A DNA stretch of 64,000 nt from positions 61-64,060 of the forward strand of contig JAEELW010000148.1 of assembly GCA_016282915.1 (NCBI GenBank), read 5' to 3'. Position numbers and translations under genes: made by a program. Positions 1 through 9,612 of this stretch are shown here, one piece after another (positions within the stretch are counted from its first letter, which is position 1; each line of letters starts with the position of its first letter). The stretch comes from Lachnospiraceae bacterium. Its GTDB lineage: Bacteria > Bacillota > Clostridia > Lachnospirales > Lachnospiraceae. The notes beneath the pieces were generated by a model. It did no database searches, was not told where the DNA came from, and saw only the letters and a program-made list of their open reading frames with translations.

Positions 1-56
1 TTAAAGCCGTTTATCCCGAATCTTACGAACCTGATATATTTGGTGGATCATCAGGA

Positions 57-587
57 TTGACAGGCCGTGAGAGTCAATTTCAGTTTTATACGAAAAATAA
101 TCTTAATGATGAAGTCTGTCACATTATAGTAATGTGGAAACGCGAAAAAAGACCTGAAGTTTCATACGGAACAAATGATCCATATCAGTATTGCCCGCCG
201 TTTGTGTCAGAGCAGAGCATCCGTGACGATATGAATGCTCTTCCGCCAGGCAAGACTATGACCGATAAGTATTATGTTGGGTATTATGATGAGGATCGAC
301 TTATAGCTGTTATGGATCTGATCATAGGATTTCCGGACAAAACCACAGCATTTATTGGCTTTTTTATGACAGAAGTGGATGCGCAGGGGAAAGGGTTAGG
401 AAGTGCTCTTATTACAGAACTGAGCAATGCTATGTCCGGTATTGGTATAAAAGAAGTTCGACTTGGTTGGGTTAAGGGTAATCCTCAAGCGGAGCATTTC
501 TGGAAAAAGAATGGCTTTGCTGAAACAGGGGCAACCAATGAGACAGATAAATATACAGTTATAGTAGCTCGAAGGGGATTGCTGTAA
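57..587 (+). CDS. GNAT family N-acetyltransferase (start uncertain, possibly 5'-partial)
   Basis: ORF track. Acetyl-CoA motif VDAQGKGLGSALI (Q/RxxGxG/A) followed by WKKNGF. The frame stays open to the window edge. Confidence 0.8.
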   Translation: MTGRESQFQFYTKNNLNDEVCHIIVMWKREKRPEVSYGTNDPYQYCPPFVSEQSIRDDMNALPPGKTMTDKYYVGYYDEDRLIAVMDLIIGFPDKTTAFIGFFMTEVDAQGKGLGSALITELSNAMSGIGIKEVRLGWVKGNPQAEHFWKKNGFAETGATNETDKYTVIVARRGLL

Positions 588-657
588 TGAGCAATCATAC
601 AATGAATTTAACACCTTCTACATTCAAAATGATTCGAGAAGGAAAGGAGAAATACTT

Positions 658-1149
658 ATGGCGAAGATAATAGCGATCTGTGGGAAAATATGTTGTGGAA
701 AAACCTATTACGCCAATCAAATAAAAGAAAAAGAGAAAGCGGTTGTTTTATCATGTGATGAATTGACAAAAGATTTGTTTGATAATGATTTGGGTGAGAA
801 ACATGACGAAATGGCGTTAAGAATTTGGAGTTATTTTAAGAAAAAATCGGTGGAATTAGTGAACGTAGGTTGTACTGTTATCTTAGATTGGGGATTTTGG
901 AGATTAGAAAACAGAAGAAGCTTGACCGATTTTTGCCACTCTCAGAATGTTCATTGTGAATGGCATTACATTGAGGTTGATGACCAAACATGGAATAAAA
1001 ACATTGAAGAACGAAACTGCAGGGTATTAAACGGTGAAGGTGGTTCAGATTATTATCTGGATGAAGGGCTTATGGGAAAATTATTGTCTATGTGGGAAGA
1101 ACCCACTAAAGATGAAATAGATGTTTGGTATACATTAAAAAGAAAATAG
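658..1149 (+). CDS. P-loop NTPase / small-molecule kinase-like ATP-binding protein
   Basis: N-terminal Walker A CGKICCGKT, GGAGA RBS upstream, 163 aa. Confidence 0.7.
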   Translation: MAKIIAICGKICCGKTYYANQIKEKEKAVVLSCDELTKDLFDNDLGEKHDEMALRIWSYFKKKSVELVNVGCTVILDWGFWRLENRRSLTDFCHSQNVHCEWHYIEVDDQTWNKNIEERNCRVLNGEGGSDYYLDEGLMGKLLSMWEEPTKDEIDVWYTLKRK

Positions 1150-1360
1150 AATTGCTATTAGGCGGCTTGATAACACTTCCGTGATAACAATTTGATAACA
1201 TTAGCTGATACAGTCCGTGTGATATGGACAGCTGAAACCAAATGGAATCAAATCGTAACAGAAAACCCTAACAAAAATGTTTAAGACACAGGTTAAGTTA
1301 GGGAGCTGGAATAATACATTTGTGTTATCTTGTTCATTTGGTACAGATAATGATAATAGG

Positions 1361-1396
1361 TTGCAGGTAATCCTTGTGGTTGCCTGCAGTTTTTTA
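1361..1396 (+). terminator. Rho-independent terminator
   Basis: 9-bp stem 1362-1370/1380-1388 (tgcaggtaa / ttgcctgca, one G-U), 9-nt loop, then a T6 tract. Confidence 0.6.
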
Positions 1397-1908
1397 TATT
1401 CAGAAAAAAATGTACACAGATAGTTTATGTAGATTTAATTGCATCACCGAGGAACCAATTGCATCATTTTCAGACGAATGATGCAATTTTGGCAAAGGCA
1501 TGGAATAAATCATTTTCAGACTTATCAGATATGTTTAAGAACATTTGAATCATTTAGGAAAAGATATTTGAAAGCAACACATCTCCTGTTGAGATGGGGC
1601 ACCGCTTTCCGAGCTGTTGAGGGAATGAAACTGATCAAAGCACCGGTTGCATTGGTAGTGTTGGCTCGTGCAGCAGAGATAGCTTATACTACCGTCCGCC
1701 GACTGTAAGGAGGGGACTAACCTCTTGTTGTTAAGGGCAGTAAGGAAGTGGCGCCGGCAAAGCCTCGTGAGGATAGTAAGGAAAGATCATGTCAGAAATG
1801 ATATTCAACCATCAGTTTACCTGACCGTAAAACTGCGTTATTGAAATCCGTACAGATCATTGGTAACCTTATCACTGTAAGGCGCCTACGGAATAGGAGA
1901 TTGATAAA

Positions 1909-2961
1909 ATGAATATTGGACAAAAAATCAAACAGCTGCGTTTTCAGCGTTCTTTAACCCAGGATCAGCTTGCGGAGAGACTTGGAATCAGTGCCCAGGC
2001 TGTATCCAAATGGGAAAATGCCGTATCCATGCCGGACATAAGCATATTGCCGACATTATCCGAAGTTTTCGGCGTATCGATCGACGATCTGTTTGATCTG
2101 GCGGATGATCAGAAAATGCGGCGTATAGAGAACCGTATGCAAACCGATGATGATATCGCACCCGAATTGTTTCAGGAGTATGAGACTTTTCTGAAGGAAC
2201 AGATGGATAAAGATAACAGTGAACCAAACGCAATAAACCTTCTGGCACGCTTATATCATCACAAAATGGAGACATACGGCAGGAAGGCCGGACTTTACGC
2301 AAGAAAGGCTATAAGCCGTTCCCCGGGGGAAAAGGATTGTCAGTGGATACTCCAGAAAGCAGAAGGCAGTGCCATATGGGATTGGAACATAGCAAATCAC
2401 AGTAAGACAATAGATTTTTATAAAGCTGTGATCAACAGCATCACAGAATCGCCCCATCCTGCATTACCATACCATTATCTGATAGAGGAGCTTATTGCTG
2501 ATCATCGTACTCAGGAAGCAAAGGAATATCTTGAATGTCTCAAAAAACTGCCGGTCAGCAAGCCTGTTCTGATTCCGGTCTATGAAGCAATGATAGCTTT
2601 GGCAGAATTTGATGAGCCTGCAGCTGACGCTATTATAGAGAAAGCATTGACAGATTTTGATGGAAATGCGGATATGTATTATCAGGCGGCTCAGTACTAT
2701 GCACGCAAATGTGATTATGATAAAGCTATAAAACTGTATGATGCTTCATACACAGCAGGGGAAGATAAAAAGCCACGGTTTACAGATGCTCTGGAAGGGA
2801 TCGCTATGATATATGAGATACTTAAGGATTATAATAATGCTTATGTGACCAGAAAGCGTATTCTTGAAGCATTAAAGAATGAATGGGGTTATTCTGATGA
2901 AGAAGTATACTATCGTAATACTCTTCATGAGATCGAACGGTTGAATCAGATGATAGTATGA
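1909..2961 (+). CDS. XRE-family HTH transcriptional regulator with C-terminal TPR-like domain
   Basis: N-terminal IKQLRFQRSLTQDQLAERLGISAQAVSKWENAVSMPD (Cro/C1 HTH). The C-terminal ~270 aa are helical with TPR-like YYQAAQYYARKCDYDKAIKLY. Confidence 0.85.
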   Translation: MNIGQKIKQLRFQRSLTQDQLAERLGISAQAVSKWENAVSMPDISILPTLSEVFGVSIDDLFDLADDQKMRRIENRMQTDDDIAPELFQEYETFLKEQMDKDNSEPNAINLLARLYHHKMETYGRKAGLYARKAISRSPGEKDCQWILQKAEGSAIWDWNIANHSKTIDFYKAVINSITESPHPALPYHYLIEELIADHRTQEAKEYLECLKKLPVSKPVLIPVYEAMIALAEFDEPAADAIIEKALTDFDGNADMYYQAAQYYARKCDYDKAIKLYDASYTAGEDKKPRFTDALEGIAMIYEILKDYNNAYVTRKRILEALKNEWGYSDEEVYYRNTLHEIERLNQMIV

Positions 2962-2992
2962 TCTGTCGGAATGACTCAATGAATTTGTCAAG

Positions 2993-3027
2993 AAGGCTCC
3001 TGAAATTCTTCAGGAGCTTCTTTTTTG
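2993..3027 (+). terminator. Rho-independent terminator
   Basis: Stem 2994-3004/3009-3019 (aaggctcctgaa/ttcaggagcttc), 4-nt loop, T-tract to 3026. Confidence 0.75.
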
Positions 3028-3180
3028 TTTCAAGGGCCGTTTGTTTTATGGTTGACGGTGTACCACAAAAGTGGTACAATTATGGCACTTTTCTTTCCGT
3101 GATCAGTTCGCTTGGATATGGGATAAAACTGGAACGAATCTGATTAATCAATGAGTGACAAAGACAAACTTATATAGTTA

Positions 3181-3714
3181 ATGATTGAGATCACATACTT
3201 TCAACTTATTTTGTTTATAACGGTATTATGGATAATAATCCGTTTTGCTGTAGCGATAAAAAAGAGAGCATTTTCGGTAAAGCGGGAATTGAAACTGCTT
3301 TTGGTTTATGTGTGTATCGTTGTTATTTGCAGATTTGTATATTTCGGATTCCATCTTGAGGATGGAAAGATTCCAACATTAAAAGTAGGCTTTGATGATG
3401 ATATCCATGATATGATCAGTATCATACCATTTTACTTTCTGGTAGACAGGTATGATGGTTGGAAGATGAACATTATTGGGAATATCGCAATGTTCATACC
3501 TGTGGGGATTGTGTGGCCGATCTGTTTCAGCAAACTTGATACGATAAGAAAAAACATATTAGCCGGTGCAGGATTTACCTTGTTTATAGAAGTGACTCAA
3601 CTCTTTTGCATTGGAAGACACACAGATGTTGACGACCTGATATTAAACACGAGTGGTGTAGCGATTGGTGTGTGTATTGTGTTCTTGATTCGGAGAATGC
3701 AGAAGAAAGAATAG
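3181..3714 (+). CDS. VanZ-like family membrane protein
   Basis: About 4 TM helices. GNIAMFIPVG and FIEVTQLF...GRHTDVDDLILNTSG are typical VanZ signatures. Confidence 0.7.
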   Translation: MIEITYFQLILFITVLWIIIRFAVAIKKRAFSVKRELKLLLVYVCIVVICRFVYFGFHLEDGKIPTLKVGFDDDIHDMISIIPFYFLVDRYDGWKMNIIGNIAMFIPVGIVWPICFSKLDTIRKNILAGAGFTLFIEVTQLFCIGRHTDVDDLILNTSGVAIGVCIVFLIRRMQKKE

Positions 3715-3789
3715 TTCTTTATAGAGGAGATGCATAATATTATTTATTGATATATACAAATCAGAATACTTGTGGAGGAAGCATCATAA

Positions 3790-4155
3790 ATGGAATTGAA
3801 GAGAATCGATCATAAACTTACTGTCTGTAAAGTGACGGAGGTATCAAACATCAACATGAACACTGATTTTTACTTTATTGGGAAGACCGATGAGGAATTA
3901 TCGTTGGTGTGTAAAACGGAGGATACCCCTCAGAACACGGTAGAGCGTGATGATGGATGGAGAGGATTCTGCATACAAGGAGTGCTCGACTTTTCATTGA
4001 TTGGTATTTTGTCGAAATTGTCCGGAATCCTTGCAGAACATAAAATTGGTATATTCGCTGTATCGACATACAATACCGATTATATTCTTGTAAAAGAAGA
4101 AAACTATGAGCGAGCGTTGAATGTTCTGGCTTCTGAAGGATATACGATAGTATAA
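3790..4155 (+). CDS. ACT domain-containing protein
   Basis: 121 aa. WRGFCIQGVLDFSLIGILSKLSGILAEHKIGIFAVSTYNTDYILVK matches the small stand-alone ACT (ACT_7-like) pattern. Confidence 0.7.
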   Translation: MELKRIDHKLTVCKVTEVSNINMNTDFYFIGKTDEELSLVCKTEDTPQNTVERDDGWRGFCIQGVLDFSLIGILSKLSGILAEHKIGIFAVSTYNTDYILVKEENYERALNVLASEGYTIV

Positions 4156-4359
4156 ATACGGGTTTCAATGAAGCGTATTATAGAATCTAAGTAGATTAGT
4201 CCCAAAATCTATAGAAAAGAAGTTTTGATTCGTGTATCGGTGTGAACGAAGATGATGCACGCCGGAAAGCGTCTGAGATCATAAAAAAGTACAGCAAGAC
4301 AAGGATTTAGTTATAAATCTGTTGAAAGATAAGGGCCCTCTGTTTTTTGAAAACAATAG

Positions 4360-4388
4360 TTGACAAACGCAACAAATGAGAATATCAT
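4360..4388 (+). promoter_or_regulatory. Sigma-A-type promoter upstream of the MarR gene
   Basis: TTGACA (4360-4365), 17-nt spacer, TATCAT (4383-4388), 22 nt before the 4411 start. Confidence 0.5.
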
Positions 4389-4410
4389 CTAACATAAGGA
4401 GAAAGAGTCA

Positions 4411-4860
4411 ATGGACAGAATACAACAGTTTCGTGAATATACAAGAGAATTGGAATGTCATCTGGACAATATAAATAAAACTGACTGCTGTCAATGCAGC
4501 GTCAGTAAGACCGAGTGCTTTTTGATCGTAGAGATCGGGCGCAAACCGGGGATCAGCATTAAAGAACTGGCCGGGATACTAAAGGTAGACAAGAGCGGAG
4601 TGAGCCGAAATGTTGAAGAACTTGTAAAAAAAGGCTTTGTTACAAGGGAACCATCGAAGACAGATCGGCGATGCGTTGTTCTTAAACTCAGCGAGAGCGG
4701 AAACGCCAGATTCGAAAAAATCGAGAAGGACATGCATACAGAGTTTAAAAAAGTTTTTTCAATGATCGATAAGAGTGATCAGGAAAAGGTCCTGGATGCA
4801 TTGCGGATATATAATGAAGCATGCAGAAAAGCGGAAGACAGGGCAAATGAGGATGATTGA
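4411..4860 (+). CDS. MarR family transcriptional regulator
   Basis: Winged-helix pattern ISIKELAGILKVDKSGVSRNVEELVKKGFVTREPSKTDRRCVVLKLSESG. Confidence 0.85.
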   Translation: MDRIQQFREYTRELECHLDNINKTDCCQCSVSKTECFLIVEIGRKPGISIKELAGILKVDKSGVSRNVEELVKKGFVTREPSKTDRRCVVLKLSESGNARFEKIEKDMHTEFKKVFSMIDKSDQEKVLDALRIYNEACRKAEDRANEDD

Positions 4861-4972
4861 GAATAATCAGTGAGATATACTGAGGTTGCACATATGAAAT
4901 CTGTCGGCAGGAAATTTGACAGATGGTACGATCTGCTGTGGTTCCAGAAAAAGATCTGAATGGGTGGTGTAT

Positions 4973-5413
4973 ATGATTGAGATAAGAGAATGTGATGACT
5001 ACGAAGCGGCAAAGACGCTTATTTTGGAGTATTCCAAAATTAAAGGTGCGGAAGCCTGTTTCGTATCACTTGACAGGGAATTATCGGATCTGAAAGAGTT
5101 TTATAAGGGCGGAGCGTTGCTCCTTGCTTATGAAGATGGCAGACCTGTAGCAACGATAGCCATCAAAAAGACGAATGACGAGCAGGCGGAGGCAAAGAGA
5201 TTATATATAAAGCCGGAATGCAGAGGGAAAGGTTACGCAAGGCCTATGCTTAATGCAATGCTTGAAAAATGCAGGGAGCTACAGTTTAAAGAGGTCAGAT
5301 TTACCACGAAACCCGAAGTAATGAGCATAGGCTACGCGCTATATCGGAAAATGGGATTTGAGGAACTTGAGAATGATGGCGGAACTGTGTTGATGCGTAT
5401 GATGTTTGATTGA
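4973..5413 (+). CDS. GNAT family N-acetyltransferase
   Basis: RGKGYARPMLNAM (RxxGxG/A) and YRKMGF. I prefer the internal ATG at 4973 (MIEIRE..., RBS-like GGGTGGTG) over the track start at 4916. Confidence 0.85.
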   Translation: MIEIRECDDYEAAKTLILEYSKIKGAEACFVSLDRELSDLKEFYKGGALLLAYEDGRPVATIAIKKTNDEQAEAKRLYIKPECRGKGYARPMLNAMLEKCRELQFKEVRFTTKPEVMSIGYALYRKMGFEELENDGGTVLMRMMFD

Positions 5414-5486
5414 TATCCCCATGGATAATTGGGAAGTGCGATCGGAATCCGGCGCGGTGTGACATTCGGATTTGATAGGGTAAAAT

Positions 5487-6182
5487 ATGAATTATTACGG
5501 AACAGAGGAATATCATGAAAGAATGAAAGAGCTGGATAAACGGATCTTTTCAAAGATACGTTATGATGAGCCGGACAGGATCAGGGAATTAGCTCATGGA
5601 TACTGCATAAAATACTACTACTATGCAGATGAGGAAAACCGTATTCCCGGACATGCGCCTGTCGACGGAGAGGTCTGCAGATTATTCAGGAATGATGAAA
5701 TGATATTCGAATGGAAGAATACGGATGGCCATTCGCGAATGGCGGTGATCATTGATCACTCTGACGGAAAGCAATACCTCATATTTGATGAAGATCTTTA
5801 TGGGTACAGCGTTTTAAGACTGTCAGATCTGACATGCGTACATTATATTCCGGCAGAATCCTATGGCAGCTATCCCGAAGAATTTGAAGAAACATTCCTT
5901 TGGTGCGACTGCTTTTATAACCCGGAAAACAATATGCTGGCAGTCGACGGTTGTTATTGGGCGTGTCCATATAGTATTATAGTTCTGGATTTTACCGATC
6001 CGATGCATATAGTAGAATCGAAAGAATGGATGGATCTGTATACGATATGCAGTGAAGTATTTCCGGATCTGGATGATATCGAATTTGTGAGATGGAACAG
6101 ATCCGAACTGATCTGCAAAGGCGATGGAGCCGGGCAGGCAGGATTCGTTCTTAATGATAAGCTAAAAGTACGGTTTGAGTAG
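5487..6182 (+). CDS. Hypothetical protein
   Basis: 231-aa ORF with normal composition. I recognise no motif. Confidence 0.55.
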   Translation: MNYYGTEEYHERMKELDKRIFSKIRYDEPDRIRELAHGYCIKYYYYADEENRIPGHAPVDGEVCRLFRNDEMIFEWKNTDGHSRMAVIIDHSDGKQYLIFDEDLYGYSVLRLSDLTCVHYIPAESYGSYPEEFEETFLWCDCFYNPENNMLAVDGCYWACPYSIIVLDFTDPMHIVESKEWMDLYTICSEVFPDLDDIEFVRWNRSELICKGDGAGQAGFVLNDKLKVRFE

Positions 6183-6226
6183 CTTTTGGTTGATGGCAGA
6201 TATATGTAAGAATACAAGGGGGATAT

Positions 6227-6577
6227 ATGGACGCTTATGAATTGTATGGACTGGGAAGAGAAGAGTATGATAAGGGAAACTACTCTGCGGCGATCGGATA
6301 TTTTGAACGATCAAACCTGGTCGATGAGCATTATAAGACATACGAAATGCTTTTCAGGTGCTGGAAGATTCTGGGAGAAAGAGAAAAGGCGAAGGCTTGT
6401 ATAGAGAGAGCATACGAGCTGAATCCATATAATGATAAGACTGCGTTTGAATATGCGGAATTCCATGCGGAAGCAGGTGATAAGGAAACAGCAAGGGCTG
6501 TTCTGAAAAAACTGATCGAGAGAAATCCGACATATAAAAAAGCAGCGCAGTATCTGACGGGATCAGAGCTGCAATGA
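6227..6577 (+). CDS. TPR repeat protein
   Basis: YDKGNYSAAIGYFERS and KAKACIERAYELNPYN are TPR-like repeats. GGGGGA RBS upstream. Confidence 0.7.
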   Translation: MDAYELYGLGREEYDKGNYSAAIGYFERSNLVDEHYKTYEMLFRCWKILGEREKAKACIERAYELNPYNDKTAFEYAEFHAEAGDKETARAVLKKLIERNPTYKKAAQYLTGSELQ

Positions 6578-6592
6578 AGGAGGAGCCCGGCA

Positions 6593-7330
6593 ATGGATCA
6601 GTGGAACTTTAAGGATAAAATCTATTTTGTGACCGGCACTTCATCTGGAATAGGACAAAGCTGTGCGCAGTCTCTTTTGCAGGAGGGGGCGATAGTTGCG
6701 GGTATAGATGTTCAGGCGGCTTCTATACAGGATCCCGGCTATACTCATTATACAGCCGGTATAACGGACGAAGAGAGGATCGTGAGCATTGTTGAGGATA
6801 TAAAGAACAGCTTCGGAAGGATTGACGGACTTGTCAATGCTGCCGGAAGATGGGGGAACAGTAAGCCCTTCTATGAGGTTGATACATCAGATTGGGAGAG
6901 GATCATCTCGGTGAATCTTACGGGGATGTACATTGTGTCAAAGTATGTATCCCGCGTTATGATCCCGCAAAAAAGCGGGAAAATAGTGAATATCAGCTGT
7001 ATACGCTCTTCGATCTTCAGAAATAATATGGCGGATTATGCAGCATCCAAGGGTGGTGTAGTTTCTTTGACAGCGGCTATGGCATTGGATCTGGCGCCCC
7101 ACAATATCAATGTAAATTCTGTTGCGCCCGGCTTCACCTATACCGGTATGACGAAGGGATCCTTTGATAATGAAGAGATCAGAGAACAGTCGGAAAAGCT
7201 GATACCTGAAGGGAGGATCGGACAGGCGGAAGATATATCCAAAGTAGTATTGTTTCTTCTTTCAGACCTTTCCGCATATATGACGGGAACAAATATATAT
7301 GCGGATGGCGGATATCATATACAAAAATAG
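6593..7330 (+). CDS. SDR family oxidoreductase
   Basis: TGTSSGIGQS (TGxxxGxG), NAAG, catalytic YAASKGG (YxxxK), and a good GGAGGAG RBS. Confidence 0.9.
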   Translation: MDQWNFKDKIYFVTGTSSGIGQSCAQSLLQEGAIVAGIDVQAASIQDPGYTHYTAGITDEERIVSIVEDIKNSFGRIDGLVNAAGRWGNSKPFYEVDTSDWERIISVNLTGMYIVSKYVSRVMIPQKSGKIVNISCIRSSIFRNNMADYAASKGGVVSLTAAMALDLAPHNINVNSVAPGFTYTGMTKGSFDNEEIREQSEKLIPEGRIGQAEDISKVVLFLLSDLSAYMTGTNIYADGGYHIQK

Positions 7331-7410
7331 CCGGAACATATTTCAGAACGGACGGTAAGAAATGATCATGGATATTTTTCGCATGACAGGGATAAGCAAG
7401 GAGAGAACGC

Positions 7411-7962
7411 TTGAAAATAGCTATCATAAGACATGCGGAGGTGGATTTTATCTGGGGCAGGCGATGTTCTTCAAAAGAGTTTGATCTGGAATGCGGATTA
7501 TATGACAGTTCTCCGATAAAAGAAACCGTATACAGACAATCTTTCCGGGAGTTTAAAAAAATATACATAAGCGAATTATCCAGAAGCAGGGATACCGCAG
7601 AAAGACTATTCCCGGATGAAGAATATATAAGATCTGGCCTGATAAATGAAGTTCCGCTCAGATCGAGTTTTGATACAAAAGGGAAAATGCCCGTATGGTT
7701 TTGGAATATATCCGGGCGCTTGCAGTGGTTTGTTAATAGTAAAAGACAGCCGGAGGGGCGAAAACAAACAATAAAACGTGCAAGACGGTATGTAGAGATG
7801 ATATGTAAGGATAATGCGGACTGTGCGCTTGTTACACACGGCTTCTTCATGCATACTCTGATAAAAGAGATTAAAAAAACGGGGTTCAAAACGAACAATC
7901 GCTCTGTTAAGTATAAGAACGGAGAATGTGTAATAGCAGAGAAGGGCTATGAGACGATATAA
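7411..7962 (+). CDS. Histidine phosphatase family protein
   Basis: N-terminal IAIIRHAEV (RHG-type motif) and a later THGFFM His. TTG start with AAGGAGAG RBS. Confidence 0.75.
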   Translation: MKIAIIRHAEVDFIWGRRCSSKEFDLECGLYDSSPIKETVYRQSFREFKKIYISELSRSRDTAERLFPDEEYIRSGLINEVPLRSSFDTKGKMPVWFWNISGRLQWFVNSKRQPEGRKQTIKRARRYVEMICKDNADCALVTHGFFMHTLIKEIKKTGFKTNNRSVKYKNGECVIAEKGYETI

Positions 7963-7979
7963 CACAAGGGAAATCATAA

Positions 7980-8318
7980 GGGTTTCTTTATGACAGCGGT
8001 GAAGGCCGATGGATACGGTATCAGGAAAGCTTATTCGCTGATATGAATTGGGATTCCTGCAAAAAGAGAGCGGACTGCATGAAAAAGGTCGAGACGGATC
8101 CGTCCGTGTCCTCGATCGAAGCTGAAGAGCCGACAGAAGAACCGCCGAGGATACCGGAAGGTTTTTCGGAAAAGCGGATCCGCGTTGGTGAGCGTGAATG
8201 TAAAGCATGGACGGATGATATCTATTATCTGCTGTATGCAAAAACGCCGTCTGGATATATCGGCTGGTTTCTTTATGACAGCGGTGAAGGCCGCTGGGTT
8301 AGATACCTGTTTTACTGA
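7980..8318 (+). pseudogene. Gene remnant carrying a duplicated FLYDSGEGRW(I/V)RY motif
   Basis: The frame is open from just after the TAA at 7977-7979. The first motif copy lies upstream of the only ATG (8043). A 28-nt exact direct repeat occurs at 7981-8008 and 8267-8294. Confidence 0.35.
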
Positions 8319-8501
8319 GAAGGAAAGACGCTCCTGCCGGATTGTTCGTATTACAGTTTGTATAAGATGCCCGGAAGGCTCATGGCGGCTCTGGAATATC
8401 TGATGGGTAAATTCTACCATTAAGACATTTCAGAGCCGCTACGGGGCTGTAAACGTATAAATAGTTAAGGTGATATTCGATGTACCTGGATCATAGATAC
8501 G

Positions 8502-9515
8502 TCACTGCTTTATATATAAAGCGGGACGCACGCCTCCACTATCGACATTCAGTCCATAGCTACAGTACCATCCCACGTTGCCAAAGTAATTGACACCGCG
8601 TGCACCTATAGTCTTTCCACCGGATGAGCGTAGCCACCACGACACTCCCTCTCGCCCGATACAATCCGGACTGTAGTTTTCCAAAACAAGATTCTCCCCA
8701 TAATCATCAGAATAATCGTAGTCCATTATTACATAACAGTACGTTCCCTGCTGTTTAGCATACTCCGTAGCTGTTATTATCTGATCCATGCTGTAGCCGT
8801 ATTGTAATTCTTCATGCCAGCTGTTAAATTCGGTATATGAGATGATCTCATCTACGCTGAGCAGAAAGATCTTATCCTTAGTATCGTTTCCCCCAAGAAT
8901 TCCATTGATTGGATTATCTGGATTAGCTATATTCGTGTTTTGGATCAATACCTGTTCAAGCGGGGTGAATGCTTTGTTCATAAACTTCCCGTTCAGCCAG
9001 CTTCTTAGCGTGCAGCTCTCCCAGGTCACGTCCGTCTGTTTTGTGTTATATGGCTGCGCATCCAACACGTAACGGCTCACAAGGAAGATCCCGTTCCCGT
9101 TCTCCTCCAGTACTTCCCACTCGATGGGCTCCGGGCCGTTGCTCTCATCTCCGTCCTGCTCATAAGCTCCGAAGACGATGTAGCCCTCTTCATTCTTATA
9201 TGGCAGGATGTCATCGCGGTTTGTCCAGTCCCCACCGCGCCAGTTTGCCGCTCCGATCCCCGCCGGTGTTGGTGTCGGTGTCGGTGTTGCGAGTTTGGAC
9301 TGCTCCGGTGACTTCTGCTCCGTTTCAGACCACGACACTTTATCATCGTTTCCCGGATCGGTTCTGCTCTCTGTCTGTGAAGAGGGATTCTCCCGGTTCG
9401 CTTTTACTGGCTCAGACTGACTCGGATTAACCGGAGAAGCGCTATCGCAAGCGGTAAGAACAGTTGGAATAGTTAGAATAGTTGCGAGCGTAATACAGGA
9501 TAATTTCTTTCTCAT
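8502..9515 (-). CDS. Lipoprotein with DUF6273-like C-terminal domain
   Basis: Signal peptide plus lipobox LTAC, TPTPTPTP linker, then IEWEVL...TWESCTLRSWLNGKF...KIFLLSVDEI...WWLRSSG. From memory this matches the DUF6273 pattern. Confidence 0.75.
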   Translation of the reverse strand: MRKKLSCITLATILTIPTVLTACDSASPVNPSQSEPVKANRENPSSQTESRTDPGNDDKVSWSETEQKSPEQSKLATPTPTPTPAGIGAANWRGGDWTNRDDILPYKNEEGYIVFGAYEQDGDESNGPEPIEWEVLEENGNGIFLVSRYVLDAQPYNTKQTDVTWESCTLRSWLNGKFMNKAFTPLEQVLIQNTNIANPDNPINGILGGNDTKDKIFLLSVDEIISYTEFNSWHEELQYGYSMDQIITATEYAKQQGTYCYVIMDYDYSDDYGENLVLENYSPDCIGREGVSWWLRSSGGKTIGARGVNYFGNVGWYCSYGLNVDSGGVRPALYIKQ

Positions 9516-9612
9516 TTTAGCCTCCCATGTAATAAAAATATATATGTAATTTATTCCAGTAAGGTGTTCAAAACTACTACGGAGCTGAATATCGGGATAT
9601 GGACAGGTATTG

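Noticed and set aside
1439-1708. An 89-aa + strand ORF in the long intergenic region.
   Set aside because: It has a non-ATG start, no RBS, odd composition (RWGTAFRAVEG...), and it spans the palindromic repeats. It is more likely non-coding.
2958-3143. A 61-aa ORF overlapping the stop of the XRE-TPR regulator, considered as a possible RRNPP signalling propeptide.
   Set aside because: Its RRLLKFFRSFFFVSR segment is just the translation of the terminator hairpin and T-tract at 2993-3027. It has no RBS and no clear signal peptide or cleavage pattern.
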